Counted from the stretch's first letter, positions 1-10,702 are shown. The stretch is 64,000 bases of DNA from an uncultured Gemmatimonadales bacterium (GCA_963795085.1 CAWCFX010000006.1:1-64000); one strand, 5' to 3'. Numbers and translations are program-made. Notes: generated by a model from the sequence alone, not told the origin.

Positions 1-1830
1 GACCTTCTTCGCCGTGCTCCCGGTCGAAAGCACCTGCATGTCCCGGCTGCCGTCCCGATAGACGGTCACACCCTTGCAGTCCAGGTGATAGGCCAGCCGG
101 TAGATCTCCTCGACGTACTCCTCGGTCGCGTCGAAGGCGAAGTTGCAGGTCTTGCTGATGGCGCTGTCGTTGTTCTCCTGGAACGCCGCCTGGGTCTTGA
201 TGTGCCACTCGGGCTTGATGTGGTTGGCGGTGACGAAGACCCGCTGCCACTTCGCCGGCACCTCGGGATAGTTGATATGCCCCGTCTCCGCGATCCGCTT
301 CATCAGGTCCTCGGAGTACCACCCCTCGGCCTTGGCAATCGCCACGAAGTCCTCGTTGACGTCCGGCATCAGGCTGCCGGCCTGGTTCCGCATGAAGGCC
401 ACGGCGAAGAGCGGCTCGATGCCGCTGGAACACCCGGCGATGATGCTGATGGTGCCGGTCGGCGCCACGGTGGTGACGTTGCAGTTCCGGAGCTTGCGCA
501 TGGGGCGGATCCGCTCGCCGGCCGGGCCCCGGGCGCAGGTCGCGTCCGGCCCCCAGATGCTCCGCTCCCACTCGGGGAAGACCCCCCGCTGGGTCGCCAG
601 CCGCTCGCTCTCCACCTTGCCCTCTTCGTCCACGAACCGCTGGATCCGGCGGCCCAGGTCCACGCCCTCCTCGGAGTCGTAGGGAATGCCCAGCTTCACC
701 AGCACGTCGGCATAGCCCATCACGCCGAGCCCGATGCGGCGGATCCGCCGGGCCAGGTCGGTGATCTCGGGCAGCGGATAGCTGTTGGCGTCAATCACGT
801 TCTCGAGGAAATGGGTGCAGAGATGCACCACCCGGCGGAGGTGGTCCCAGTCAATCCGGTCCTCCGGCTTTTGACCCTCCTGCCCCCTGGCCCCCATGCC
901 CTCTTTGACAAACAACCCCAGGTTGATGGACCCGAGATTGCACACGTCGTAGGGCAGCAGCGGCTGCTCGCCGCAGGGGTTGGTCGCCTCGTACTCGCCC
1001 AGCTGGGGGACCGGGTTGTAGTAGTTCGCCTTGTCGATGAAGAACACCCCCGGCTCGCCGGTCTTCCAGGCGCCGTGGATGATCCGCTCCCAGACCTGCC
1101 GGGCCCGGAGCTGCCCCACCACCTTCTTGCTGGACGGGTGGATCAGGTCGTACTCGGCGTCCTGCTCCACCGCCTCCATGAAGGCGTCGGTGACCCCGAC
1201 CGAGATGTTGAAGTTGGTGACCTTGGTCGTGTCGTCCTTGCAGGTGATGAAATCCATGATGTCCGGGTGGTCCACCCGGAGGATGCCCATGTTGGCGCCC
1301 CGGCGGGTGCCGCCCTGCTTGACCACGTCGGTGGAGGCGTCGAACAGGGTCATGAAGCTGACCGGGCCGGAGGCCACCCCCATGGTGCTCCGGACGATGT
1401 CGTTCTTGGGCCGGAGCCGGCTGAAGCCGAACCCGGTGCCGCCCCCCGACTGGTGGACCAGGGCCATGGAGCGCAGGGTGTCGTAGATGCCGCTCTTTCC
1501 ATTGGAGAGGGCATCGTCCACCGGCAACACGAAACAGGCCGAGAGCTGCCCCAGGGGGCGGCCGGCGTTCATGAGGGTGGGGGAGTTGGGCATCCAGTAC
1601 CGCTGGGCCATCAGCTTGTAGAAGGCCAGGGCCAGCTCGCTGACCGCCCCGTCGCTCGCCCCGTAGGCCTTGTCCGGCGCCGCAATCACCGTCGCCACCC
1701 GCCAAAAGAGGTCTTCCGGCTTCTCGACAGGCTTGCCGGTTTCGTCTTTGATGAGGTACCGCTTTTCGAGCACGGTGACAGCGTTGGCCGAAAGCTGGGT
1801 AGCCTCTCGTGGCGGAGACGAGTGGGTCAT
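1..1830 (-). CDS. nrdJ: Vitamin B12-dependent (class II) ribonucleotide reductase; 3' end runs off the window
   Basis: Not in the ORF track; translated by hand from ATG at 1830: MTHSSPPREATQLSANAVTVLEKRYL..., with MPNSPTLMNAG, GGGTG, QGGTRRGANM, ATNPCGEQPLLPYDVCNLGSINL (thiyl-radical Cys), RRIGLGVMG, TVAPTGTISII and KGVTVYRDGSR. Confidence 0.95.
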   Translation of the reverse strand, partial: MTHSSPPREATQLSANAVTVLEKRYLIKDETGKPVEKPEDLFWRVATVIAAPDKAYGASDGAVSELALAFYKLMAQRYWMPNSPTLMNAGRPLGQLSACFVLPVDDALSNGKSGIYDTLRSMALVHQSGGGTGFGFSRLRPKNDIVRSTMGVASGPVSFMTLFDASTDVVKQGGTRRGANMGILRVDHPDIMDFITCKDDTTKVTNFNISVGVTDAFMEAVEQDAEYDLIHPSSKKVVGQLRARQVWERIIHGAWKTGEPGVFFIDKANYYNPVPQLGEYEATNPCGEQPLLPYDVCNLGSINLGLFVKEGMGARGQEGQKPEDRIDWDHLRRVVHLCTHFLENVIDANSYPLPEITDLARRIRRIGLGVMGYADVLVKLGIPYDSEEGVDLGRRIQRFVDEEGKVESERLATQRGVFPEWERSIWGPDATCARGPAGERIRPMRKLRNCNVTTVAPTGTISIIAGCSSGIEPLFAVAFMRNQAGSLMPDVNEDFVAIAKAEGWYSEDLMKRIAETGHINYPEVPAKWQRVFVTANHIKPEWHIKTQAAFQENNDSAISKTCNFAFDATEEYVEEIYRLAYHLDCKGVTVYRDGSRDMQVLSTGSTAKKV

Positions 1831-2094
1831 GAGACGGGCCTTTACAGTTGAGTAGAGGTGGCGTTTGCTGGGGTTCACCGGCCGCGATTCCCATCCCGAA
1901 TGCCAGGCCAGGCATCCCATGGGCACATTGCCGTCAGGGGGATGGCGGCAACGTGGTCGCGCAGGTGGAGGGGTAAGTTAGCCCAATGCGATGGGCATTC
2001 AATACACGAGAAAAGCCCGCAACCACGCCACGAACCGGTGTTCACATCACAAATCTTCCCAAGCGGAAATATAACAGGGTGGGACGGCTGGGGC

Positions 2095-4716
2095 TTAAGG
2101 GGCCAACGGAGGAACCACGGTCAGCGTCGGCAGGGAGGTCGTCACCGGGAGCCCGTCCAGGACCACCTCGATCGCCACGGCCGTGCCGGCCCCGGTCGCG
2201 GTGAGCCACACGGCGTAGCTCCCGTTCCCCAGGTTCTCGACCGGCCCGAAGGTCCCGGTGCTGGTGCCGCCTCCGAGAGAGAACCCGATCGCCACGGTCC
2301 GGTCGCCGCTGACGAGGGATCGTCCACTGGCGTCCCTTCCCTCCAGGGTCACGAGGAGCGAGTCCCCCACGACCACCGAGGCGGCCGGCGCGGTCACCAG
2401 GGACTGGTCCGGCGAGATGGTGCCGGCCACGACCTCCACGCTCGGCGGCGCGGTGGCCACCGGGGTGCCTTCGATGCTCGCGGTGACCGGGTCGGGCACA
2501 CCCGGCTCCACCAGGGTGGCGGTATAGACGGCAATGTACCGTCCGTTGCCCAGGTAGGTGGTCGGGCCCAGGGTGCCGTGGGGGGTTGCCCCGTGGATGG
2601 CGAGGGTGACCTGGCGGCCCCCGGTGACGAGGCTGTTGCCGGCGGCGTCCCGGGCCTGGAGCGTCGCGGTGGCGTGACCGCCGGAGTCCACCTGGGCGGG
2701 GAGGATGGTGACCGATGAGGTCTGGGGCGAGATATCGCCGGGGACGACGGTCAGCCGGGCCGGCGGACGGCTGAGCGGTACACCGTCAACCGAGGCGGAG
2801 ACGCTGGTCGCAGTGCCCGCGACCTGGCCGGTGAAGATGGCGGTGTAGCTGCCGTCGCCCTGATCGGCAACCGGGCCGAGCGACCCGGTGCTGGTCCCGC
2901 CAGCCACGCTGACCACCACCTGGTGCGGCAGGGTGACGGGACACCCGACGCCATCCCGCACCCGCACCGTGACAGTGGTGCTGACGCCGGACGGCAGGAT
3001 GGAATCGTTGACGGCGAGGTCCGAGGCGATCACCGAGACCGGCCCCGCCACGCAGCTGACCGAGATGGCCGGCCGGGTGGCCAGGAGCACGCCGTCCAGC
3101 CGGGCGGTCAGGGTGTCGGGCGTGCCCGCCGAATCGGCCACGTACCATGCGCTGTAGCGGCCGTCGTCCTGGTCGGCCACCGTCCCGATGCGGCCGACAC
3201 TGGTTCCTGGGCCGCCCACCCGGCCGAACAGCACGCTGCGCCCCCCCTGCCCCACCGGGTTGCCGAAGCCGTCCCGCACCTCGAGCAGCAGCCGGGCCGA
3301 GTCACCCAGCGTCAGCGTGGCGGGGAAGACGGAGAAGATGGTCGAGTCCACGGCATGGGGACCCGGGATCACCGTGATGGTCGGCAGGTGGGAGACGCCC
3401 AGCGAGTCGAGCATCTGGACCTGGCTGCTGTCGTTGATGATGGCGCCAATAGTGGTGGGAGACCCGGCGGCCTGTCCGGTGAACGGGGCCGAATAGGTTC
3501 CGTCGCCGTGGTCGGTGGCGGCGCCGATGGTCCCGGTGCTGCTTCCGCCGTCGGTGGTTGTCGTGAACACCACCGACAGCCCGCCACCGCTTGCCGGCAC
3601 GCTGTCCGCGTCCCGTACCACCAGCGTGAGGAGCGCGGATCCGCCGGCGGCCACGGTATCGGCCGACACGGCGATGGAGGAGTGCTGGGGCGAGATCCCG
3701 GACTGGTGGACGGTGATGGTCGGCCCGCCCATCACCGGCCTCCCGTCGAGGGTGGCGCTGATGGCGATGGCTCCCCCCGCGGCGGTCGCGGTGAAGTTCG
3801 CGGTATAGCTGCCATCGTCGTGGTCCACCGTGCTGTCAATGGTGCCCTGCCCGGCGCCCGGGCTGGCCAGGGCGGTGAAGACCACCGTCTCCCCGCCGCT
3901 GGTCCGGGCCACCCCTGCCGAATCCACCACCCGGAGCGTCAACGTCACGTCGCCGCCGATGGACACGGTGTCCGACGATACTTCGAGGTAGGAGGAATCG
4001 GGCGAGACGCCGGCGGCCACCGTCACGGTGGGCAGCGCCGTCGCGACCGGCACACCGTCCACCGTGGCGCTCACCGTGACCGGGGTGCCCCGGGCCGTGG
4101 CGGTGAAGACGGCGCTGTAGCGGCCATCCCCGTGGTCGGTCGTCGGGCCCAGGGTGCCGGCGCTGGTCCCCCCGCTCACGCCGAAGGCGACCAGCCGGCC
4201 TCCGCCGATCAGGTGGTTCCCCTGGGCGTCCCGGGTGACCAGCTCGACGGTGGCCGTGGCGCTGACGAGAATGGTGGCGGGGGTGACGCGGACCGTGGAG
4301 ACGACCGGGGAGACCGGCCCTGGCAGTACCTGCACGGTGGGAAGCGGGGTGGTCACCGGGGTGCCGTCCACCAGGGCGTTCACCGTGGCGGGGGTGCCCG
4401 CGGTGATCCCGGTGAAGAGGGCGCTGTAGCTGCCATCGGCGTGGTCGGTCACGACGCCGACGGTGCCGGCGCTGGTCCCCCCGCTCACCGCGAACCCGAC
4501 CGCCAACCCGCCCCCGCGCAGCCGCTCCCCGAACGCATCGTAGGCCACCAGGGTCAGCACGTTGCCCGCGCCGGCCAGCACAGTCGGGGAGGACACGCTC
4601 ACCACCGAGTGCGCCACCGAGACCGGCGCCCGGCTCGGCGCCAGCGCGTCGCTGCCGCAGGCGGCCACCACGGCGGCGAGCACCACGGCCAGCCGGTGGC
4701 CCGGCCGTGTCATCAT
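2095..4716 (-). CDS. Lipoprotein with about 8 invasin-type Ig-like repeats
   Basis: Lipobox LAAVVAAC; eight ~100-aa T/V/S/G-rich repeats, each with a D-x-G-D-G-x-Y-x-A-like motif; ATGA overlap with the upstream gene. Confidence 0.85.
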   Translation of the reverse strand: MMTRPGHRLAVVLAAVVAACGSDALAPSRAPVSVAHSVVSVSSPTVLAGAGNVLTLVAYDAFGERLRGGGLAVGFAVSGGTSAGTVGVVTDHADGSYSALFTGITAGTPATVNALVDGTPVTTPLPTVQVLPGPVSPVVSTVRVTPATILVSATATVELVTRDAQGNHLIGGGRLVAFGVSGGTSAGTLGPTTDHGDGRYSAVFTATARGTPVTVSATVDGVPVATALPTVTVAAGVSPDSSYLEVSSDTVSIGGDVTLTLRVVDSAGVARTSGGETVVFTALASPGAGQGTIDSTVDHDDGSYTANFTATAAGGAIAISATLDGRPVMGGPTITVHQSGISPQHSSIAVSADTVAAGGSALLTLVVRDADSVPASGGGLSVVFTTTTDGGSSTGTIGAATDHGDGTYSAPFTGQAAGSPTTIGAIINDSSQVQMLDSLGVSHLPTITVIPGPHAVDSTIFSVFPATLTLGDSARLLLEVRDGFGNPVGQGGRSVLFGRVGGPGTSVGRIGTVADQDDGRYSAWYVADSAGTPDTLTARLDGVLLATRPAISVSCVAGPVSVIASDLAVNDSILPSGVSTTVTVRVRDGVGCPVTLPHQVVVSVAGGTSTGSLGPVADQGDGSYTAIFTGQVAGTATSVSASVDGVPLSRPPARLTVVPGDISPQTSSVTILPAQVDSGGHATATLQARDAAGNSLVTGGRQVTLAIHGATPHGTLGPTTYLGNGRYIAVYTATLVEPGVPDPVTASIEGTPVATAPPSVEVVAGTISPDQSLVTAPAASVVVGDSLLVTLEGRDASGRSLVSGDRTVAIGFSLGGGTSTGTFGPVENLGNGSYAVWLTATGAGTAVAIEVVLDGLPVTTSLPTLTVVPPLAP

Positions 4717-7700
4717 CGCGGGCAGCTCACGGCAAAGGCGGTGGTGACGGCACCGCTGCCGGCGGGAAGCGTCACCGTGCGCGGGTTGGGAGCCGTCACG
4801 CTGCAGCGCGGGTCCACCGATTCCAGGGTGACGGTGTAGTCTCCCGCCGTGAGCGCGGGAAACCGGACGCTGGCGTTAGGCGCGAGCGGTTGCGTGAGCC
4901 GGGTGGCCCCCTGCTCCACCACGACCGAATAGGGCGACTGCGGAACGCGTCCCCCGGTCGCGGCCTCGATGACCAGGTCCACCAGCGGAGACGGGAGCGT
5001 CGACGCCTGTGCGGGGAGGCTGGCCGGGCCCTCCAGGCCGGCGCCGTTCACCGCGGTCACGGTGTAGGTGTAGGTGGTGCCGGGTTGCAGGCCGGTGTCG
5101 CTGAAGCCGGCCGTGGGGGAGGTTCCGGCCAGCACCCCGTTGCGATAGACCTGGTAGCGCTGGATGCCGCTTTCCGGGTCTGCCGCGGCGGACCAGGTGA
5201 GATCGATCCGGGAACTGCTCAGCACGGTCGCCGCGAGGTCCGCGGGCGCGGTGGGCGGCGTGCCGTCCAGCGTCGTCGCCGCGACCGCCGCACTCAGCGG
5301 GCTCTCGAGGCCGGACCCGTTGACCGCGGAGACCTGGTAGGAGTAGGTCGTGCTGTGGGTGAGTCCCAGGTCGGCCAAGGCGAGCGAGGTGGCGGTCCCG
5401 GCCAGGCTGCCGTCACGATAGACCCGGTATTGGGCCACGCCGCTCTCCGGGTCAGAGGCCGCCAGCCACGAGAGATTGACCCGGCTGCCGCTCACCGGCA
5501 CCGCGGAGAGCCCGGTCGGCACCGACGGCGCCGTCGCGTCCAGGGTGCGCACGGTGAGCGGGCTGCTCCTGGCGCCCTCGACCCCCACCTGGTTGATGGT
5601 GGAGATCCGATAGCTATAGGTGGTGAACGGCGCCAGGCCGGTATCGCTGAACCCGGTCCCGGTGGTGGAGTCGTGCAGCACGTTATTGCGGTAAATCCGG
5701 TACTCGCGGACGACGCTGTCGGGACCGGCTGGATTCCACGCCAGGTCAATCCTGCTGGTTTCGACCAGCGTGGTGCGGACACCGGCGGGCGGCGGCGGCG
5801 CCGGGCAGGTGACCACGAAGCTGACCAGGGTCGAGTCCGATCCGCTCACCAGGCGGGTGATCGCGGCGGGAGCGATGCAACTGGTCTCCACGTCGGCCAG
5901 GCGGATGAGATGACTGCCCGGAAGGATACCGGCGATACCCCGGGTCTGGTTGATGCCCAGCGGCAGGGTGTCCGCCGTGCCGTCGGCGTTCTCGACGACC
6001 ACGAGGTACCCGTCCACGTCGGTACCCGGTCCCGTGGTGGTGGCCCGGACATGAAGCCGCTCGACGCACTGGACGGTGAAATCGGTGACCGCCGTGTCGC
6101 CGGGGAAGACCGTCACCACGCGGCCGAAGGCGGCCGACTCCCGGCACCGGTTGGGCGCGCCGCCCAGGTTGACGGTGTAGCGCCCCGGCGCGCTGCTCGC
6201 GTTATAGAGCGGGACCACGTCGGGGACCACGCTGCTGTCGTTGGCGCCCACACTCCCGGGTGGAGCCAGGATCGAGTCCATCGCGGCGGCCGGGATGATC
6301 GCCGGCTGATAGCTGAGCGCGGCGGCGGCCGGCGCCGGGCTGGGATCGGGATCGGCGGTGCTGGCGCGGATCCGAATACCTCCCAGCGGGACACAGACCA
6401 GGGCGAAGCCGGCGACCACCGTGTCCCCCGACTGGATCACCACCTGCTTGCTGGCGGGGCGGGCCACCGCGCAGTTGCGGCGCCCCGGCTCCAGGCTCAC
6501 CCGGGTGAGCCCGCTGGCGTTGTTGATGCGGTTCTGGGGGATGAAGTCTTCCAGCACGGTGTCCGGCCGCGCGCTGGTAATCACCACGCTGTCCGGCCGA
6601 TCGCCCCGCCCGACCCCGACCGTGTCCAGCCGGGTGACGATGGCGAGGTTCCGCGCCGGGCGGTTGGGCCCGGTCGTGGTGACGCTGAGGCCGAGGTCGC
6701 CCAGCGGGATGCAATCCACCTGGAAGAGGGTATCCGCCGGCGCGCCGCCGCGGGCAATGAACAGGCCGGAGCCGATGGCGACGGTGACGGGGTTGGGATT
6801 GGTCACCGCGCAGTTGCCGGCCACAGCGGTCAGCCGGAGCTGGTGGGGCGCGCCCGGGCCGGAGCGGATATCCACCAGGGTGACCGAGTCGTTGGCGGCC
6901 ACGGTGGCGTCTTGGGTCGAGGTGGCGTGGTTCCGTCCCAGGAAGGCTTCCTTGGGGCCGGTCACCGGGTCCCACGCGGGCCGGAGCTGGAGGCCGAACT
7001 GGGCCGGGATATCCTCTCCGGTCGCCAGGGTGCGGACCGTCAGCGGCCCATCACTCCAGAGCTGGACGAACCGCCACGGCCGGATGATGGGAATCGCCAC
7101 GCCGAACGACAGCAGGTCCTTGCGACCCAGCAGGGAGAGCTTGGCCCCCAGGTTGAGGTTCATGCCGAGGTCCACCCGGGTCTCCCAGTCCCAGGCGTTC
7201 CGCACCCCGTTGGCAAACCCGATGACCGTGGTGGCGGCGGCCTCCGCATAGGGTTCCAGGTTGACGAACGGCCCGACGACGCCGTAAAACTCCACGCTGA
7301 ACTCGGGGACCACCGCGATCTTGAGCGACACCGTGCCTTCGGCGCCGGTAAAGACCGGGGCGGTCGCGTCGAAGTTGAAAGAGGCGCCGGCCACCGGCCG
7401 CCAACCCGGCCCATTCTGCCAGCGGACCCCCGCCTGCACCCCGAAGCCGGTGTGCAGGCTTCCGGTGAAGACCGCGCTGGCGCTCACCGTGGGGGTGATC
7501 TCGAGCTTGATCTTCTTGGTGATCAGGGCGATGAGCGGCATGGGGCCGATGAAGGTGGCGTACGGCCGCTGCTGGATCACGAACGTCACGCTCTCTTTTT
7601 TCAGCGGCACAAAGCCTTTGGTGACCGCCACCTGGAGCTTGACTTCGTAGGTATTGATGTTGAGACCGAGATCCCCGCGGAAGATGGTATGATGATTCTG

Positions 7701-8597
7701 CAGCTGGAACGCGCGGAACGAGCCCCCGATATCCACCCGGGGTGCAAACACGACCTCGCCGTCCTTGATGGTGAACGTCAGGGAGCCCTGCACCGGGACA
7801 TTGGTGTCGGGGGCGATCTGGAACTGAATCTGGAGGTCGTTCAGCGAACAGCAGCCGCCATGGCTGTTGAGGGTGGCGCCGGGCGCCAGGTAGGTCGTCT
7901 TCCAGGGGCCCCACCAGGTTCCGCCTGGCTGGGCGGTGCCGCTCTCTTCCTCGCTGAAGGAAGTGCTGCTGAACCCGCCCTCCCGCACCGCTTCCTCGAC
8001 ATAGGCGATCGAGGTCTCGACCCTGAGCTGGGTGCCGACGGTGGTGACCTGCTCCACCCGTCGGATGTACCCGCCGCCCTCGGCGCCCACCAGGATGGAG
8101 CCGATCTCGAAGTCCGGGGGAGGGCCGCGGATGACCTCGAACACGTAGAGCCCGGTCGAATCATTGCGCTCGACGAGCGAGACTCTCGCCGAATCGAGGA
8201 CCACGGTACACTCGCAGAGGACCGACGTCAGCACCAGGATGTCGGTGGTGCTCCGCCTGCCGTCCGCGGTCGCGATGATGGTGGTGGCGCCGACCGAATC
8301 GGCGGTGAGCAGGCCGTCGGGCCCGATGGTGGCCACCGCCGGCGTCGTGCTGCTCCAGCTGACCGGCCGCCCCGGCAGCACCCTCCCATTGGCATCCATG
8401 ACCTGCGCGGTAAGCCGGAGCGTGTCTCCCGGAGCCAGCGTGGTGCGGAGGGCGGTGACCACCACCGAGGCGACGCCGCCCGGCAGGGGTCCCGGTTCGG
8501 TCGGTGAATCCGAGAGGCAGGCAGCACAAGCCACCGACGTCACCAGGGAGGTGAGCCGGCCTTTGAGAAGGGAGGGCCTCGGGTATCTCGCTGCCAT
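4713..8597 (-). CDS. Large surface protein: N-terminal Ig-like (Big_2) domain, unassigned middle region, three FN3 repeats
   Basis: Likely lipobox VACAAC; VSWSSTTPAVATI Ig motif; three FN3 repeats (IDLAW...TGLxPxTTYxYxVxAVN); start at ATG 8597 is uncertain. Confidence 0.8.
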   Translation of the reverse strand: MAARYPRPSLLKGRLTSLVTSVACAACLSDSPTEPGPLPGGVASVVVTALRTTLAPGDTLRLTAQVMDANGRVLPGRPVSWSSTTPAVATIGPDGLLTADSVGATTIIATADGRRSTTDILVLTSVLCECTVVLDSARVSLVERNDSTGLYVFEVIRGPPPDFEIGSILVGAEGGGYIRRVEQVTTVGTQLRVETSIAYVEEAVREGGFSSTSFSEEESGTAQPGGTWWGPWKTTYLAPGATLNSHGGCCSLNDLQIQFQIAPDTNVPVQGSLTFTIKDGEVVFAPRVDIGGSFRAFQLQNHHTIFRGDLGLNINTYEVKLQVAVTKGFVPLKKESVTFVIQQRPYATFIGPMPLIALITKKIKLEITPTVSASAVFTGSLHTGFGVQAGVRWQNGPGWRPVAGASFNFDATAPVFTGAEGTVSLKIAVVPEFSVEFYGVVGPFVNLEPYAEAAATTVIGFANGVRNAWDWETRVDLGMNLNLGAKLSLLGRKDLLSFGVAIPIIRPWRFVQLWSDGPLTVRTLATGEDIPAQFGLQLRPAWDPVTGPKEAFLGRNHATSTQDATVAANDSVTLVDIRSGPGAPHQLRLTAVAGNCAVTNPNPVTVAIGSGLFIARGGAPADTLFQVDCIPLGDLGLSVTTTGPNRPARNLAIVTRLDTVGVGRGDRPDSVVITSARPDTVLEDFIPQNRINNASGLTRVSLEPGRRNCAVARPASKQVVIQSGDTVVAGFALVCVPLGGIRIRASTADPDPSPAPAAAALSYQPAIIPAAAMDSILAPPGSVGANDSSVVPDVVPLYNASSAPGRYTVNLGGAPNRCRESAAFGRVVTVFPGDTAVTDFTVQCVERLHVRATTTGPGTDVDGYLVVVENADGTADTLPLGINQTRGIAGILPGSHLIRLADVETSCIAPAAITRLVSGSDSTLVSFVVTCPAPPPPAGVRTTLVETSRIDLAWNPAGPDSVVREYRIYRNNVLHDSTTGTGFSDTGLAPFTTYSYRISTINQVGVEGARSSPLTVRTLDATAPSVPTGLSAVPVSGSRVNLSWLAASDPESGVAQYRVYRDGSLAGTATSLALADLGLTHSTTYSYQVSAVNGSGLESPLSAAVAATTLDGTPPTAPADLAATVLSSSRIDLTWSAAADPESGIQRYQVYRNGVLAGTSPTAGFSDTGLQPGTTYTYTVTAVNGAGLEGPASLPAQASTLPSPLVDLVIEAATGGRVPQSPYSVVVEQGATRLTQPLAPNASVRFPALTAGDYTVTLESVDPRCSVTAPNPRTVTLPAGSGAVTTAFAVSCPR

Positions 8598-8797
8598 TCG
8601 CGCCCCGCCGGGCGACAACGACGGATTCCCCCGCTGCGTGGGCGGGAATCAGTGTTGCGGCCAGTATCGGGGATTACCCTAGAGAACATCTTGCCTGCCC
8701 GGGAAGGCCGCAAGATGTGCAGCGGCGCAACAGGCATCAGGTGCAGTTATGGGGGGCTCCGGCAAATGCGAGAGCGCCTGAATGATTGCGGGACGGG

Positions 8798-10702
8798 TTA
8801 CCCCACCTGGGCCAGCAGCTCCTGGACCTTCTCGACGATGCCCCGCGGGGCAAAGGGTTTCTGCAGGAACGTCTCCCCCCGCCCGATCAGCCCCCGCTTG
8901 ACCACCTCGTCACTGGTGTACCCGCTGATGAAGAGAATCGGGATGTCGGGCCAGCGGGCCCGGACCTGTTCGGCCAGCTCGCGGCCATTCATGCGGGGCA
9001 TGACGATGTCGGTGACCACGACACTGACCTCGCCACCCCGGGTCTCCATCTGCTCCAGCGCCATCCGGCCGTCCTGCGCCTCGATGACCTGGTAGCCCGC
9101 CTCCCGCAGGCTGCGGCTCAGCAGCGTCAGCACGATGGGCTCGTCCTCCACCACCAGGACGGTGCCGGAGGCCCGCCCGGCCTCCGGGTGGCTGGTGCGG
9201 GCGGGGGTAGCCGTGACCTCCGCCACCTCGGGCAACTGCACGATGAACCGGGTCCCCCGCCCCACCTGGCTCTCGACCCAGATGTACCCGTCCGACTGCT
9301 TCACCATCCCGTACACGGTGGCCAGGCCAAGGCCAGTGCCTTCCCCCACCCCCTTGGTGGTGAAGAAGGGCTCAAAGACATGCTGGAGGGTATCCGGGTC
9401 CATCCCCAGCCCGGTATCACCCAGCGTGAGTTCGACGTAGGGGCCGGTCCGGATCATCACGTCTCCGTGGCGGGCGCGGGCGGCCTCGTCCAGCACCACG
9501 TTGCGGGTGGTGATCTCGAAGCGCCCCTCGCCCGGCATCGCGTCCCGGGCGTTGAGCGCCAGGTTGAGCAGCACCTGCTCCAGCCCCAGCGGGTCCACCG
9601 CGACCCAGGGCCGTTCCGCCGCCAGGTCCAGGACCACCACCTTGTCGGCGCCGAGGAGCCGCGCGATGGTAGGCTGCGCCTCGCGCAGGAGAGTATGCAG
9701 GTCCACCGTCTGGGGGTTGATGACCTGGCGGCGGCTGAAGGTGAGCAGCTGCCGGGCCACCTCGGCCGACCGGGAGGCGGCCTTGTGAATGCCCTCGATG
9801 TCGGCCCGCCGGGGGTCGTCCAGCGCGACGCCGCGGAGGGCGAACTCGGCATAGGACAGGATCGCCGTCATCATGTTGTTGATCTCGTGCGCCACGCCGC
9901 CCGCCAGCCGTCCGGTGGTCTCCATCTGGAGCGCCCGCCGGGCCCGCTCGTCCACCAGCCGTTCCCGGGTGAGATCGGTCACCACCAGCACGGCGCCGTC
10001 CCCTCCCGCGGATTCCACGCGGATCGGCGCGGTGCTGATCCGGAGAGTCCGGCCGTTGATCTCCAGCCGCACGGCCCGCGGCTGCTCGATCCCCTCGACG
10101 CCAACCGCGTGGGCCAGGGGGGCGAGGCCGGGCACCATCTCCCACAGCGGCTGCCCATCCTGCCCGGCCCCGGTCTCCATCAATTCTTCGAAGGCCCGGT
10201 TGCAGCGCTGGATCCGGCCCTCGTGGTCCACCAGGCAGACTCCTTCGCCAATCGCGTCGAACGTGGCCTGCCACTGCCCCGCCGCGACCCGCACCGCGCG
10301 CTCGGCGGTACGGGCCCGGAGCAACGACCGCACCGTGGCGATCATGACCACGGGCTCGATCGGATGGGTGAGGTATCCGTCGGCGCCGTTGTCCAGTCCC
10401 CGCGCCATGCTCTCGGAATCGGTGAAGCTGGCGGAGATATGGAGGATGGGAACGCCGGCCGTGCGGGGATCGGCCTTGACCTGGCGGGCGACCTCGAACC
10501 CGTTCATGTCCGGCATCCGGACATCGAGGATCAGCAGGTCGGGCAGCAGTTCGCGCGTGCGGGCCAGGGCCCCGCCGCCGTTGTCGGCCTCCTCGACCGC
10601 GTAGCCGTGGGCCTTGAGATGGCGCACCACCGCATAGCGGTTGGCCTCGGTATCGTCGGCGACCAGCAGCAGCGGCTGCTCGCGCGGGGGAGACTCAGGC
10701 AT
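8798..10702 (-). CDS. Hybrid sensor histidine kinase (REC-PAS-HisKA-HATPase-REC)
   Basis: LLVADD...LDVRMPD receiver; GVAHEINN H-box; NLALNARDAM; FEPFFTTK...GTGLGL; C-terminal VVEDE...TDIVMP receiver. Confidence 0.93.
   Translation of the reverse strand: MPESPPREQPLLLVADDTEANRYAVVRHLKAHGYAVEEADNGGGALARTRELLPDLLILDVRMPDMNGFEVARQVKADPRTAGVPILHISASFTDSESMARGLDNGADGYLTHPIEPVVMIATVRSLLRARTAERAVRVAAGQWQATFDAIGEGVCLVDHEGRIQRCNRAFEELMETGAGQDGQPLWEMVPGLAPLAHAVGVEGIEQPRAVRLEINGRTLRISTAPIRVESAGGDGAVLVVTDLTRERLVDERARRALQMETTGRLAGGVAHEINNMMTAILSYAEFALRGVALDDPRRADIEGIHKAASRSAEVARQLLTFSRRQVINPQTVDLHTLLREAQPTIARLLGADKVVVLDLAAERPWVAVDPLGLEQVLLNLALNARDAMPGEGRFEITTRNVVLDEAARARHGDVMIRTGPYVELTLGDTGLGMDPDTLQHVFEPFFTTKGVGEGTGLGLATVYGMVKQSDGYIWVESQVGRGTRFIVQLPEVAEVTATPARTSHPEAGRASGTVLVVEDEPIVLTLLSRSLREAGYQVIEAQDGRMALEQMETRGGEVSVVVTDIVMPRMNGRELAEQVRARWPDIPILFISGYTSDEVVKRGLIGRGETFLQKPFAPRGIVEKVQELLAQVG

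Noticed and set aside
85..1851. 588-aa plus-strand ORF, and similar long antisense ORFs (4707-8507, 19911-22514, 25109-27829 and others)
   Set aside because: Shadow ORFs of high-GC genes on the opposite strand; no motifs, and the real genes are clearly identifiable
1831..2094. NrdR boxes or cobalamin riboswitch upstream of nrdJ
   Set aside because: No convincing match to either consensus by eye; an Infernal or PWM scan would be needed
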